A stretch of 64,000 nt of DNA from a virus, in the IMG/VR virus record IMGVR_UViG_3300043823_000671, positions 1 to 64,000 of that record; one strand, 5' to 3'. A program made the translations under genes and the position numbers. This document shows positions 1 to 12,300 of this stretch, piece by piece. The notes below the pieces were generated by a model, which was not told where the DNA came from, did no database searches, and saw only the letters and a program-made list of their open reading frames with translations. Within the stretch, counting starts at the first letter, position 1, and every line of letters starts with the position of its first letter.

Positions 1-2
1 CC

Positions 3-3000
3 TCAGGGACATTGGTAAATCTTGCTACGCAAAATCCAACATCTGCACTTGGTATTACCGGTCAAGTGAACTTCTCGGGCAATGCTCACGTTGTTAGTTC
101 AATCACCAACGGAACTACTTCATCAACCTATAACAACATAACCGTTGTTGTAACGGTTGGATTTTCACCAGCGCCGAACCCGGGGGAAACGTTTGTAATT
201 TCTTCTTCGGTCACCACGTATGGTGGTAAAACCGCAACGGTGACGAGTGTTTCGAGTAATGGTCTGACCATCTACGCAACAGTTACTGGCGTAACTGCCC
301 ACCACGCCTACACGGGAACAAGTGGCTGGACTATTACGCCAAACCGAGTGACGGTCAATACCAACCAGGCGCTTCCTTCGACCTGGGGTGCTGGTAGCGC
401 CCAGTATGTAACCATCCAGGGGGCAAATGTCGCCGCTTACAATGTGACGGACTTTCAGTGCTACGTAATGACCAGTACTTCACTGTATTTCGCTGGAACA
501 AACCAGGGAAATAACACTGGCACAGTAACCGTTCTGGCTAGTCCTCTTAGCGGGGGAACACCGCCGTCGTCGAACCCCCCATACCGGACGCCAGCATACG
601 CAAATAGCACAAGTTCAATTACTTTTGACTCGTACCCCACGCCACATGGTTTAAGTTCTGGTCAAACCGTTAGCGTTAGTGGTCTTCAAGTTTGGAACCA
701 AACCGTTGGTGCTGGCGTGCAGGGTCCACTTTACATTTCTTCAATTGCTGGTGATGGCGTTTCTTCGTGCACAGCACACTGCGCTGGTTATCATGGCTTG
801 GCTGTGGGCTCGGTAATTACCATCGCCGGGTCCTACACAATCAACCCAGTAAATGGGAGTCTTGGTCAAGTAACCGTTACTTCAGTTCCTTCACAATCAA
901 GTTTTACATTCAATTATGCCGGGGGTCCCAGTGACTCGAACCCCGCTGGTAATGAAAGCATTATTGGGTACAACGGTACTTCTGGCTTCAACTCCCCCTC
1001 GCTGACCGTAGCCTCAGTAATTGACTCATTTACATTTACGACCAATAACCCAAACGGTGTTCAGACGATACCTTCAGGACAGGTCCCCACCGTAAGCGTC
1101 CCCACTCAGCAGGTTGAGTATGACATTAGTTTTATTGACGGCTCCGGTCTTCTCGGTCCGTCTAACCCCTTCAATGGAACGTTTACGGTTACATACGCCA
1201 TTGAAGGAACAAATTCTTTCCAATACACAATTCCTACTTCGATTAGCGCATCCGCTACGAATGGTACATGGACCCAGCCATCCGTTTTTAGCAGTCTCAA
1301 TGGGATGGCACTTACTTCCGCCAGTGGAAACACCTTTACATTCAGTGCCCCGACTGGGGTTTCTGGAACGGGGGCAAAGTTTTACCAACTCGGGACATGG
1401 TCGCAACCCTCTGGATTTGGCGGTAACGTCTCTTACACCGCCAACGGCTCAACCAACACTGACGGTTCAACCACTTTCACCACAGCAACACAAGCCTACG
1501 GAACCGTTTTTGGCGGAACGTGGGTTGAGGGCGGTGGGGGTTCCGTTACGAATGTCCAGTCGGGAGTAACTTGGGCTCAGCCGACGGGTTTCAACCAAAC
1601 AACGCCCGTAGCAGTAACGGTGACCAGCCCAACCACTTTTACATATCCGCTGACCACCTCAACTTCTGTTGGAACAATCATTACAAATGGGAACTTTGGA
1701 ACCTGGTCCGCCCCGGGAAACTTTGGGGCTACAAATGTCCCCATCACGGTTACCGGAGCATCCACCTTTACGTATACAACAAACATTTCCGTTGCTGGCT
1801 CGATTTCCGGCGGGACGTGGACCACGCCGGTTGGGTTTAACGTATCTAACGCCTCAATCACAGTTCCCACTTACAACATCACTTCTATTTCTGCGCCGTC
1901 GAGCGGTGTGTCTACCGTAACAATTTCAGGAACGCATTACTTTGCGGGCGGTGAATCGATTCTGATTACCGGCTCAAGCGGGTCGGGTTACAACAACTCA
2001 TTTACCGTTGCTACGGCAACGCCAGGAACCTCTACGTTCACAATCGCCGTGTCAAGCGGGTCATCTGCAACCGGCGGAGTTGTCACCAGCCAAAGTAGTT
2101 TTTACTACCCAAGTAACGTACTCGGCACTTCCTACGGGTCTACAAACAGTCTTGTTGCGACCGGAAGCGCTGGTTCTTTCACAACAAATAATGCAAGCGT
2201 TATTGCTGTCTATGGTGGGGGAACCCAGTTTGCCTTCAACAATTCTGGAACCGGCACGGTTTATGGCGGTACGGTTTCTGGAACGAGCGGATACAACGGC
2301 ACAAACAAAATCACCTCGATTATTAGCCCGACATCGTTCACTTACACGTATACCAGTGGTGTCGTTGGCTCTGGAGCCGGGGGTAGCGCAACGACGACTG
2401 CATCGGGTGGGTCAACGACAACAAGCCTTTACAGCATTGTCCCGACGCCTCAAAATGTCGGTCTAAATGACTTTGCGTCGGTTTTACTCGCCACTCATGC
2501 AGATGCACCGATGAGCGCCCTTCAAGAACTTCTGCCCGACTTTATTATGGGCGATGCAACGGGAATTACATACAATTCCGCTACTGGGGTTACGACAGTA
2601 ACCTTGATGGCACCGACTAGCGGTTTCACGGTCGGTCAAAGCGTTATTGCAGAAAATGGCTCAACACTTGGCGTAATCAACAGCGTTGTTAGCCCTTCCG
2701 TTTTTACCACAACGGGAAGTTCGGGATTCACGTTCACTGGCTCTAGTGCCCAGCCAACTTACCTCGTCCACTCGGCAACAATTGATGGGATGAACCCGGT
2801 TTACGTTGGTCCAACCGCAGGCGGAAACTTCTACAAAGCACAATTTGTCAACCCGCCCTATCACGGCAACTTGTCGCAGACGTTCACAGGCACCGCCGGA
2901 GTGGACTCAAATGGCAATGGGCAACTGACTTCTTTGTCACCTGCCGATGCAATGTCATTGGTCTCTAGCATCACCGTCGGACAGCCGGTTTCTGGCGAAG

Positions 3001-6000
3001 GCTTGGCAGACAACACGGTGGTAACAAGCGTTGGCGCAACCAGCGTTGGCTTGAGTACCGCCCCTTTCTACACCCCAAGTTCTTCGGTGCTAACTACTGG
3101 TGCAACTTCGCCCATTAACAACACCGTAATCAATGTAACTAGCGTTTCCGGATTTTACGAGGGATGTGAACTTATCGGTATTGGAATCCCGGCAGAAACC
3201 GTTGCTCTTTCGGTGTCGCAACAAATTGGGTTCACGGGAACGGTAACAAGCGGAAGCCCGTTCATTACCAGCGTCAGTTCCGTAAGCGGGCTATTCATTG
3301 GTCAGGCAATCGGCGGAGTGACCGGTCTCGGTGCGCTCCCCTTTGCATCACCAACATACATCGTCAACATCAACAATGCGACGAACACCATCACCGTCAA
3401 TACCAATGCGCTTGCTTCGCAGTCATCGTGTTCTTTGTGGGGTCTTCCTCTAATCCAAACCAGTTCGACGACAAACTGTCCGTCAAGTACGCCAATCTCA
3501 CGTAAAGTTGTTTATACATTTGGTTCTTCGCCAATCTACTTCCCTCTCCAAATTGCTAACTACGGTGGCTCTGCAAATGCGACCTTTTCTGGGACCACTA
3601 CGTCGACTAGCAATGTAATATCGGGGATATCGGACACTTCCTTCTTGTATGAAGGCATGATTGTTACTGGTAATGGGCTAACGACCAACTCGGTTATTAC
3701 GGAAGTTGGGACTGACTTCATTGCGCTGTCACGCTCCGCTGTATCAAGCAACTCAAATGTCACATATCTTGCTGTTCCTCCGCAGACTCGCCTCGCAACA
3801 TTTGCGAGTATGTCCACACCTCCTTCTTCCACTGCGGTTTCTTACAGCACGCCAATTCAACTTGTGTCGCAGAAGACTCCATCTGGCACCTACTACGGTC
3901 TGGTCAAGGGGAGCACAAATATTGTCGTGAATGCATCGACCGCAAATGCGCTTCTTGCATATGCAATGCCAAGCGGAGGTTACCCACTAACCCCAATTGC
4001 TGGTCTTGTGGCAAGCGGAACGACAATCACCGCAATCAAGCCAAACCTTATTATCACCGGTGTTTCGGCAACGACGGCTGAATACATCCAGGTAAACAAC
4101 CTGACAAGCCTGATGACGCAGGAGGGCTACACCCTGGTTCTAAACCAACCACTTCTTGGCAATGTTGCTTCTGGCGTCAACTCGTTGACTATTCCTGCAT
4201 TCGCTATTAGTTCTTCGTCTTCAAGCGTTGGTCTTGTCTTTACCGTTGACAGCACCGCAAACTTCGTAGCCAATCAACTTATTTCTTTCAGGAACGAGAT
4301 TTACCAAATTGTCGCAATCCTGAATGACACACAAATGGTTGTTGGTTACCCATTACCATCGGGCGGGGCAATCGTCCCTTCGAATCAGTACGTTTCTCAC
4401 TTTACGGGCGTAACAACGCAGGGGAGCAACAGCATCTCAGTTACGGACAGCGTTGCAGGAATCGTGCCGGGGATGGTTGTGAATGACCCAACAAATTCAA
4501 TATTCCCATCGGGCTCTGTAGTAACTGGAATTTACACCTCGGGGAACCTTGCAGTTACGCTCAGCCAACCAGCAAGCCAATCAGCAACTTCCCAGTTCTA
4601 CATTTCTTACCCCAACGGCGACAACGCAAATTACATTTACGCCTGGGAAGGCGGGATTACAAACAACTCGTTTATCTCTGCTTCTTTGTCCACCGTGCCA
4701 AATCAAAAGTCTTCTGGCTGGGGTCTGGTCGCAGTTGATAACGCAACAGCATTTGACCACGCCTCGGGAACTATGGTTGGGTCATACCCGAATGATGGCG
4801 TTCGCTATTTTGGAACCACATCCGCCGGTGACTATGAAGCCGTTGCAATTGACGCCCTGGGCTCACTAACTGGAGCGGTTTTGCAGTCATCTGTGAACGC
4901 AAAAGACACGCAACTTACTATTGCGCCAAACTCATCCCAAAACACCACCCCAGGTTCTGGTTTTGTACCCCTCTTCCCATCTTTCCCAGGAGTCCTTGCC
5001 CCGGTATTTTCCACCACCCTTTGGTCTGACCTAAAGGGCTCCCCGGCGGTAATTTCTGTTCCGAACGGTCTAGCCACGCCGACTCTTGGAGTCCTTAGCG
5101 TGGGCACATCGGTCTCTAGCCCGACTTCTTTCCAGGCATCGACAACTTCTGGAAGCGCAACTGTGTCTTTCCAAAATTATGTAGATGCCGAAAAAGTCAG
5201 CAATGGAATGTACGTTTACGGCAACGGTATTCCCGCAAGCGCACAGGTGTACAACCTTTCAATTAACGAATCTTCGGGAATTGCTACCTTCCAAATGATT
5301 GTTGGCGGAGCACCGGCAAGCATCGACGCATCAACTACCGTTCTGTCAAATGCGACTCAGAGCGCAGTTTCCACAATCACTGTTTCGTGGCTACCTGCAG
5401 ACACTTTTATTACAACAGAAATCGAATCGTCCTTTATTGGAAGTTTCAACATTTCTTCACCAAACCAAATCACGCTCTCTAGCAATGTCGCAAGCCTCGT
5501 CCCCGGTCTTGGGGTCTGGGGTAACGGCGTTATGTCCGGAACAACAATCACCAACGTCACTAACAGTGCAGGTACATACACGGTAACGCTAAGTATGCCC
5601 CTTACGCTTTCCGGCTCTGTAAGTAACGCATCTTTCCAAGTACAAGGCTATTTGCTCAATAACGCATCGAGTTATGTACCATGGTCTGGAACGGGCGCAC
5701 TTTCCAGTGGTGTGTTCACCATCACCGCTACCGGCAAAAACAACCTTGGCAACACGGTGGGCTCACTACCCACCGTTGGCGCACCTTTCTATGGCTCATC
5801 GGTACCATATGGCGCTACTGTCTCTGTTTTCACCAATACAAGCGGTCAGACTTGGACGCTGACCGGAGGCTCCGTGTCTTCGATTTCTGTTGCTAGTGGT
5901 AATTTTGTTGCAGGAATAAATCTGGTGGCATCGAATCTTCTTCAAGTAACCCAACCCGCACTCAACCCGTCCTCGGGTACCCCGCTATCTTCTGTTGCGA

Positions 6001-6392
6001 TTGGCGCCATCGGGATTACCCAGGAATCACCAATTGCAGGTTTCCTGAATAATCAGTCTTCCTTGAGTGAATTGGGCAATGTAAATGCCATTCAATACAA
6101 TAATGACGGTGATGTTCAGAACATTATTCTGGACACCCCGTATTCTGGGGCGTATGCAATTAGCGGAATCTTCTATTCCGATGCGTACGGAGTAGTTATC
6201 GTCGGCTCTGGCTCAAACCAAGAAGCGGTTTTGCTGGAGTCGCCACTTTCGTACTCTTTTGTGGCTCCAAACAGCAGTGCCAGTTCCCCAATCACATGGC
6301 AACTGGCAACTGGGTCGTCTTTCGTTTATGACCACCCGGTTGGCGACAAGGTCGTCATTCCAAACGTTTTGACAACAAGAAGTGGTGCATAG
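3..6392 (+). CDS. Giant virion structural/tail-fibre-like protein, Ser/Thr/Gly-rich with repeated beta modules (5'-truncated)
   Basis: Frame stays open to the window edge (tca ggg aca ttg), so the true start is probably upstream. >2100 aa with few charged residues; recurring TVTSPTTFTY-like and GxxxxGxGIPxxTxV modules; heads the tail cluster. Confidence 0.75.
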   Translation, partial: SGTLVNLATQNPTSALGITGQVNFSGNAHVVSSITNGTTSSTYNNITVVVTVGFSPAPNPGETFVISSSVTTYGGKTATVTSVSSNGLTIYATVTGVTAHHAYTGTSGWTITPNRVTVNTNQALPSTWGAGSAQYVTIQGANVAAYNVTDFQCYVMTSTSLYFAGTNQGNNTGTVTVLASPLSGGTPPSSNPPYRTPAYANSTSSITFDSYPTPHGLSSGQTVSVSGLQVWNQTVGAGVQGPLYISSIAGDGVSSCTAHCAGYHGLAVGSVITIAGSYTINPVNGSLGQVTVTSVPSQSSFTFNYAGGPSDSNPAGNESIIGYNGTSGFNSPSLTVASVIDSFTFTTNNPNGVQTIPSGQVPTVSVPTQQVEYDISFIDGSGLLGPSNPFNGTFTVTYAIEGTNSFQYTIPTSISASATNGTWTQPSVFSSLNGMALTSASGNTFTFSAPTGVSGTGAKFYQLGTWSQPSGFGGNVSYTANGSTNTDGSTTFTTATQAYGTVFGGTWVEGGGGSVTNVQSGVTWAQPTGFNQTTPVAVTVTSPTTFTYPLTTSTSVGTIITNGNFGTWSAPGNFGATNVPITVTGASTFTYTTNISVAGSISGGTWTTPVGFNVSNASITVPTYNITSISAPSSGVSTVTISGTHYFAGGESILITGSSGSGYNNSFTVATATPGTSTFTIAVSSGSSATGGVVTSQSSFYYPSNVLGTSYGSTNSLVATGSAGSFTTNNASVIAVYGGGTQFAFNNSGTGTVYGGTVSGTSGYNGTNKITSIISPTSFTYTYTSGVVGSGAGGSATTTASGGSTTTSLYSIVPTPQNVGLNDFASVLLATHADAPMSALQELLPDFIMGDATGITYNSATGVTTVTLMAPTSGFTVGQSVIAENGSTLGVINSVVSPSVFTTTGSSGFTFTGSSAQPTYLVHSATIDGMNPVYVGPTAGGNFYKAQFVNPPYHGNLSQTFTGTAGVDSNGNGQLTSLSPADAMSLVSSITVGQPVSGEGLADNTVVTSVGATSVGLSTAPFYTPSSSVLTTGATSPINNTVINVTSVSGFYEGCELIGIGIPAETVALSVSQQIGFTGTVTSGSPFITSVSSVSGLFIGQAIGGVTGLGALPFASPTYIVNINNATNTITVNTNALASQSSCSLWGLPLIQTSSTTNCPSSTPISRKVVYTFGSSPIYFPLQIANYGGSANATFSGTTTSTSNVISGISDTSFLYEGMIVTGNGLTTNSVITEVGTDFIALSRSAVSSNSNVTYLAVPPQTRLATFASMSTPPSSTAVSYSTPIQLVSQKTPSGTYYGLVKGSTNIVVNASTANALLAYAMPSGGYPLTPIAGLVASGTTITAIKPNLIITGVSATTAEYIQVNNLTSLMTQEGYTLVLNQPLLGNVASGVNSLTIPAFAISSSSSSVGLVFTVDSTANFVANQLISFRNEIYQIVAILNDTQMVVGYPLPSGGAIVPSNQYVSHFTGVTTQGSNSISVTDSVAGIVPGMVVNDPTNSIFPSGSVVTGIYTSGNLAVTLSQPASQSATSQFYISYPNGDNANYIYAWEGGITNNSFISASLSTVPNQKSSGWGLVAVDNATAFDHASGTMVGSYPNDGVRYFGTTSAGDYEAVAIDALGSLTGAVLQSSVNAKDTQLTIAPNSSQNTTPGSGFVPLFPSFPGVLAPVFSTTLWSDLKGSPAVISVPNGLATPTLGVLSVGTSVSSPTSFQASTTSGSATVSFQNYVDAEKVSNGMYVYGNGIPASAQVYNLSINESSGIATFQMIVGGAPASIDASTTVLSNATQSAVSTITVSWLPADTFITTEIESSFIGSFNISSPNQITLSSNVASLVPGLGVWGNGVMSGTTITNVTNSAGTYTVTLSMPLTLSGSVSNASFQVQGYLLNNASSYVPWSGTGALSSGVFTITATGKNNLGNTVGSLPTVGAPFYGSSVPYGATVSVFTNTSGQTWTLTGGSVSSISVASGNFVAGINLVASNLLQVTQPALNPSSGTPLSSVAIGAIGITQESPIAGFLNNQSSLSELGNVNAIQYNNDGDVQNIILDTPYSGAYAISGIFYSDAYGVVIVGSGSNQEAVLLESPLSYSFVAPNSSASSPITWQLATGSSFVYDHPVGDKVVIPNVLTTRSGA

Positions 6393-9300
6393 TGGGCTTT
6401 CAGTACGAACACTCTTATGCGACTCCAGTTGCGACTGCCGATTCGGGCGGTCCAAATTCCGCTTCGGTAGTTGTTGTAAACCCATTGTCTACCAACAGCG
6501 TCACCACTTCGCAGACGCTCACCCTCAGTTCCCCGTGGGTACCCGCTGGAAATAATGGTGCGCCAAACATCAGCACAAGTCTTTACGAGCCTGTGGTTGC
6601 TGGCTCCAGCACTCTGGCTATTAGCGATGCAAGTAGTTTTCCGATGTCGGGATATCCGAATGTGCACCAACAGGGTCTCGGTTTACTTCTTCCCGAAATT
6701 GGTCGAAGTGCTGGGGACACACCCGTTGGGAGCACCTCAATAAACATTGTTCTCACCGGGCAACTCCCGAATGTATTCCCATTCAACGTAAGTATTAATG
6801 GCGCCACCTTCTCGGTTACTTCAACTTCGTCAACTGGCGGTGCAACATTTACAACTTTGAATATCAGCAGTTCGACGACTATCGATATTCCCGACCTCTC
6901 TCCGGTCCACTTCGCCTCTCTTAGTATTGGCACTTCTTACAATATTCTGGATACGCCGATGTTCTACATCACGTCTCCGATTAGCGCTGGCGTTCCCACC
7001 CCTTACATCTCGACTTCACCACTTCCCTGCAACATCCCATTCGGGACGACTATCGCAATCACATATGGCGATTATATTGAGACGTGCCTTGTCGGTGACG
7101 ATGCAATGGCTGGCGACACACAACTAGCACTTGCCACTTTTGCATTTCAGGGCGTTGGAACTGGGGTCAACTCAGTTGTAATGACAAGTGGGACAATCAA
7201 CGTTTCAACTTTTGCAGAAGAACTTGGCAACACCGGTATCGCTTCTGCGGGCACCGACACCTCGTCCCAGGCAATGAGCATGGCTGGAATGGGGATGTCT
7301 GTTGGGACCGCTTCGGGCAATAGCACGAGCGGGATAGAAACGGGCACGGTTCTTTTTGGCGGGCTTGCAAGCGTTGCTCTTGTCGGCACGGCAAGCACCA
7401 CCCTTTCCAACTCAAGCCTCTCTTTTTCTACGGGTGGTTCGGCAAGTTCTTCTTCCTCTTCGGCTAGTTCTAGCGCAACCACAATCCAAGGTATTTTTAC
7501 TGTTGTCGGTGGTGGTGGTGGTTCGGCAGGTGCGACGGGCGCAGGTGGTGGTGGTGGTCAAGTAATCGATAATTCAAACATCACCATTCCAATTGGAACA
7601 CCAATTTCTCTGACAATCGGTTCTGGCGGAGCAATCCTTCTCGATGGCGGTGCAACAAGTTTCATGGGAAACTCCGCAAACGGCGGTAAGGCGGGCGTAT
7701 CTGGAACCGGCGGTAACTCTGGTGGCGGTTTGCTTGGTGGAACCATGCAATTCGTTGACTCTGGTTCTGGCGGTGGTGCTGGTGCTGGTGGCGCTGGGGG
7801 CGCTGGGACCGGTCATGCCACTGGAGCAACTTCACGTGGCGGTAATGGCGGTGCGGGTTTTACCTCATCTTTGACCGGAACTACATATGCTGGCGGTGGC
7901 GCAGGATGGGCTCCCGACGTATCGGGTAGCGCTGGCTCGGGTCAAAACAATGCCGGTGGTGGCGGTAACTATGGCTCTGGGGGCAATGCGGGTCTTATTG
8001 TCCTTTCAATCCCCGCTACTTCACCAACTCCCGTTTTTACCGGAATCTCACCGACGCAATCATCTTCCAACGGTCGCAATATCTACACTTGGTCGACCGC
8101 CGGGACGGGAACTGTCACTTTTGGGACTACAAGTTCATCTAGTTCATCTAGTTCCAGCGCATCTCAATTAACGGGCTCTGCGAGCGCCGGTACAACAACG
8201 GTTACTTTTACCAACCTTGTAAATGCCGGTTATGGGGCGGGGTCTGTCTCTGGTATTTTCCAGGTGCAGGCGGGTCAGGCTGTTGTGGGCGAAGGGGTAC
8301 CGCCAAATACTTTTGTTGTAGGTCCCGTTGTCCAAAATGGCTCAAGTGGCTCATTCAACCTAAATCAACCGGTTTCATTTACATCAACGCAGGCGAACCC
8401 AACCGTTTACTTGGCTACCGTAGTTAATTCAACCACATTGCAGGGTTCTGGTTCTCAGACTGCGTTTGTCTTGACCGACTCAACCGTTGGGCTGACACCC
8501 AAGACGGTTTTCTTCGGTGCATACATCCCAGCATACGACTACGAACCATCTTCAGGCGCAAACGGCGTTTTTAGTAGTGCTAACGCACAGGGCATTGTCT
8601 TATTGAACCAAGACCTATCTATTGGTCAAACACTAGCCCTTTACGACGGCTCTTCGTTTGTTGGAACTCTGACAAAGGGTCTAAACACAATTACGGGCGT
8701 TTCTTCGAGCGCAGGAATTGACATTGGGCAGATGCTAAGTGGTTTGGGTATACCGTTTGGCACGACCGTAACTGCCGTTACTGCTGTAACCGGTGGATAC
8801 ACAGTCACCATGTCTGGTGTTGCGACGAGCACCCAGACGCAAATTGGGATTATGTCGCAAGGTGCTACGCAGACGCTCAAGGTTGCTTTGGGTCAATCAA
8901 AAATGACTCCACACATTCACGTTGAGCCGTTTAGCCCTGTTTATCCATTCGACAATTCTTCTGTTTTACTTGCTCCGTTTGCTTTTACCCTTGATACTGG
9001 GGACAATATTGAGGTTGTTTATCCGATAACGACACCGATGCCAATGAATGCGCTGGGCAAAGCCCCGTACTCAATATCTCTTGCTACGCAAACCCAAAAC
9101 AGCCACGCAAGTGGGGCGTTACTTCGTTTTTACCAAATGCCTTCTCCGCCGAACACAGCGGATGTTGTGTACCGACCTGACTTTTCTACATCGTCGGGGA
9201 ATTACGTATATGCACCCATGGGCGTAGATGCACATGAATTAAGTATTTACGACGGGCAAATGTACCGAGAGGCTCGGATATCGAGCATCCAGGGTATTTA

Positions 9301-12300
9301 CAACATCAAGGGTTCTCCGAACGGAAACGACAAGACGAATATTTCGTTCATTGACTCTGTCACCAAAGAAACGCTTCCTGCTGACCAAATCCCCAATGCA
9401 AACAGCGTAAACGGGACTACTTACGCTGGCGGAATCCGCTCATTAGACCCTAGCCGTTCACCATGGACGCCCCAATCTTTTGAAGATATCCAAATGGTCG
9501 TCGAAGCAACCGTTCCGCCAAATGGCTCCATCACGTACAACTCTTTGTCTGTACAGGTTGCTTATCAAACTGCTCCACGCCCAACGTCCGTATGGCTGTC
9601 ACCGAGCGACACCCTTATTATTTCGCCAGAAACATCGAGTTCGATTGAGTGGACATATTCGGACTTGGACGGCAAGCCACAGGGGGCGTTTGTAGTAAAA
9701 ATCTTTGACCAATTTACGTACCTTTCTTTGGACTTTTCTCCAGAGACAAGCACCCCAATTTGGTCTACGCAGTCAAATGATACAAACCTAAACAAAACTA
9801 GCGTTTTGATTGCCGATGCAAATGGGAACACCCCGCCTTTTATTAGCGGGCAACAGTATTGGGCATTTGTAAAAGTTGCTAAAACGTTCAACCAGCAACC
9901 TTGGTTTGGCGAATGGATGGGTGCCCCATTTAGCGTTGTCGTTCTTCAGCCACAACCCGCCCTTATGTCGTACAATGCCGACGGTTCAAGCGCCGTCAAC
10001 GGACTAATTGTTCAGTCTTCGGACAATTTGCTGAAAGATGACAACGCCGAGTTTTCTAACTCCATTGGTGGTTGGAGCCCAACGCAAAACGATACTTCCA
10101 ACACCCAACTTATTGACGGGACCTCTGGAACCGTCTTAGGCGCCAACATTTCCACAAAGCAGACCATTACAAGTTTGCCCATCGGCTCAATCGGGTATTT
10201 GGTTTCACCATTGCCCGTGAGCGCATCATCGGGTTCCCAGTTCTCCGTTTCGGGCTCCATGGGCACAAAAACTCTTGCCGAAGGTTTTCCTGCGGTCGGG
10301 TCGTCTTTCTGGGTCACCATTGATTCTGAAAATATTTTAGTCAATCACATTTCCGCAGGGACTTCGAAAACAGCAAACGTATTTCAGGTTTTGCAACGTG
10401 GTTATCGCAACTCAACCGTCACCTCCCACACGGCGAATACATCTGTCGTCATTGGTTTGCAAGATGACATTTATGCGGGGACAGAGGGCTCTCTATATTT
10501 CTTAGAAGTCCAAACCGGAACGACATCTGTATACAAGCCTTCCGCATCATCCAAAAAACTTCCTACGACTTCGACGGCAGTTGTAGCCTCATCCACGCCC
10601 ACAACGGCGGGGGCGACCCTCAAGGTTACTAAGCCAACCTCATCTTCCAATCCAAATCAGTTCACTGTTTACGACCCGAATAACGCACTGCCTGTCGGCA
10701 CAAAGGGGGCGACATTTACTCTTTATGGAACGAACACGACCCAGCAGACCCAAACGAAAAAAGTTGGCGGTACGACTCTTTCCCTTAGCCAGAACGTTAC
10801 ATCGAGCGTTACCGATGTTATCGAAATCACGGGCGTTGTCGCTACGGCACCAACAACTTTGGCTACCTATTTCCCCGCAAGTTTTACCGCACGCAATATC
10901 GAGGGTCCGGGCTATTGCAGTAGCCTCCCTGTGCAACCGGGAACCGGAAGCCCAAATGTAATTGCCTCGGTAATCAAGGCTGGCAACAGCCTTAGCGTTC
11001 AGACGCCCGACTTCAAGCGCTCATTCAGCATCACTCTTACTAAAGACTGGGACCGCAGTAAAGATAGTTCAATTTATTTCAAGCCCGTATTTCTTTATGG
11101 CACCGAGTTCGGCTTGACGATTTATGTACCAAATAACGAGACCGCAAAAACAGTCGCTCAAACAACAAATTCCTACTTAGTTCCCAAAGGTTGCTTGATT
11201 AACATCAACGTTACTACCAGCACGCCCACGCCCTACAAAATTGTAAGCATCAACAATGGCTGGAATAACAAGGGAGGTTTCAAAAACTTCCAAATCAAGG
11301 GTTCAATTACGCTAAACGGTGGCGGAAGTGGTGGAAGTAGCGGTTCGGGCGGTACGGTAACGCAAGTCCCGTACGTGCACAAGTACCCACACACAATGAC
11401 ATTCACGGTCGCCAGCAACCCATCCCCGGCTACGCCGTCGGTGAGTTTTGGGAGCGCCGTATTCAGCGCAATTACTTTCACGGCGACCTCTACCGCCAAT
11501 AGCGCAATACTGACATCCGCCTCAGGGTTTGGCGGTCTTGTTATTGGTTCCGCAATCACCAGTGCGAACTTCCCGACCGGGACAGTCGTTGTCGCAATCG
11601 GGACGAATACGGTAACTCTAAACAACCCGGCGACAACAAGTGCTACTGGTGCAACTTTTACTTCAAACTCATTTATAACAATGAGCGGGATAACGAGCCC
11701 GCAAGCAGTTACTGCCAATGAATATGCGGGCTACCTTGTGTACGCATACGGCGTAACCCCGGGGACGACAATTGCATCAAATACTGCCTGCTCAGCAACT
11801 GGTACTTTCGCAATCACCCTTTCGCAAGGGTCGGTAATCCAAGACAGCACTGCTCTTACTCAAATATCTTTTGCCCCAGTTGTGGGGAACACAAATATTG
11901 CAAACGTTATTCCAGCCGGTTCAACCAGCATCCCCGTTATCCCATTCACTCCAGACTTTGACTACCCAAAGTACAGTGCAATGACTCTCAAGTTCCCCAT
12001 CACCACAAGCGCCCAGCAAGCGATGTTCGGTGCGAACATTATGAAGGTTCAGCCGACAACAAATGGGTACGTAGAAATATCGACAAAGGGCGGTAGCGCA
12101 CCCGACTCTTTTGTGACAGACCCCGATGCCGTCCCAGTTACCCCGGGGGTCACATATGGTTTGATGGGCTGGTCGCACGTTATCAATGGTCTTTCGACGC
12201 CCAAATTCCAGCCATACATTCTTTGGTATGACGCTTATCAGAACCCCATTTACTGGGACTACGGCATGAACAGCCTGTCAGCATCGCCGGTTGAAATATC

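Noticed and set aside
6390-6394. Stop-codon reassignment or TAG readthrough
   Set aside because: TAGTG overlaps change frame, and genes are full length under the standard code
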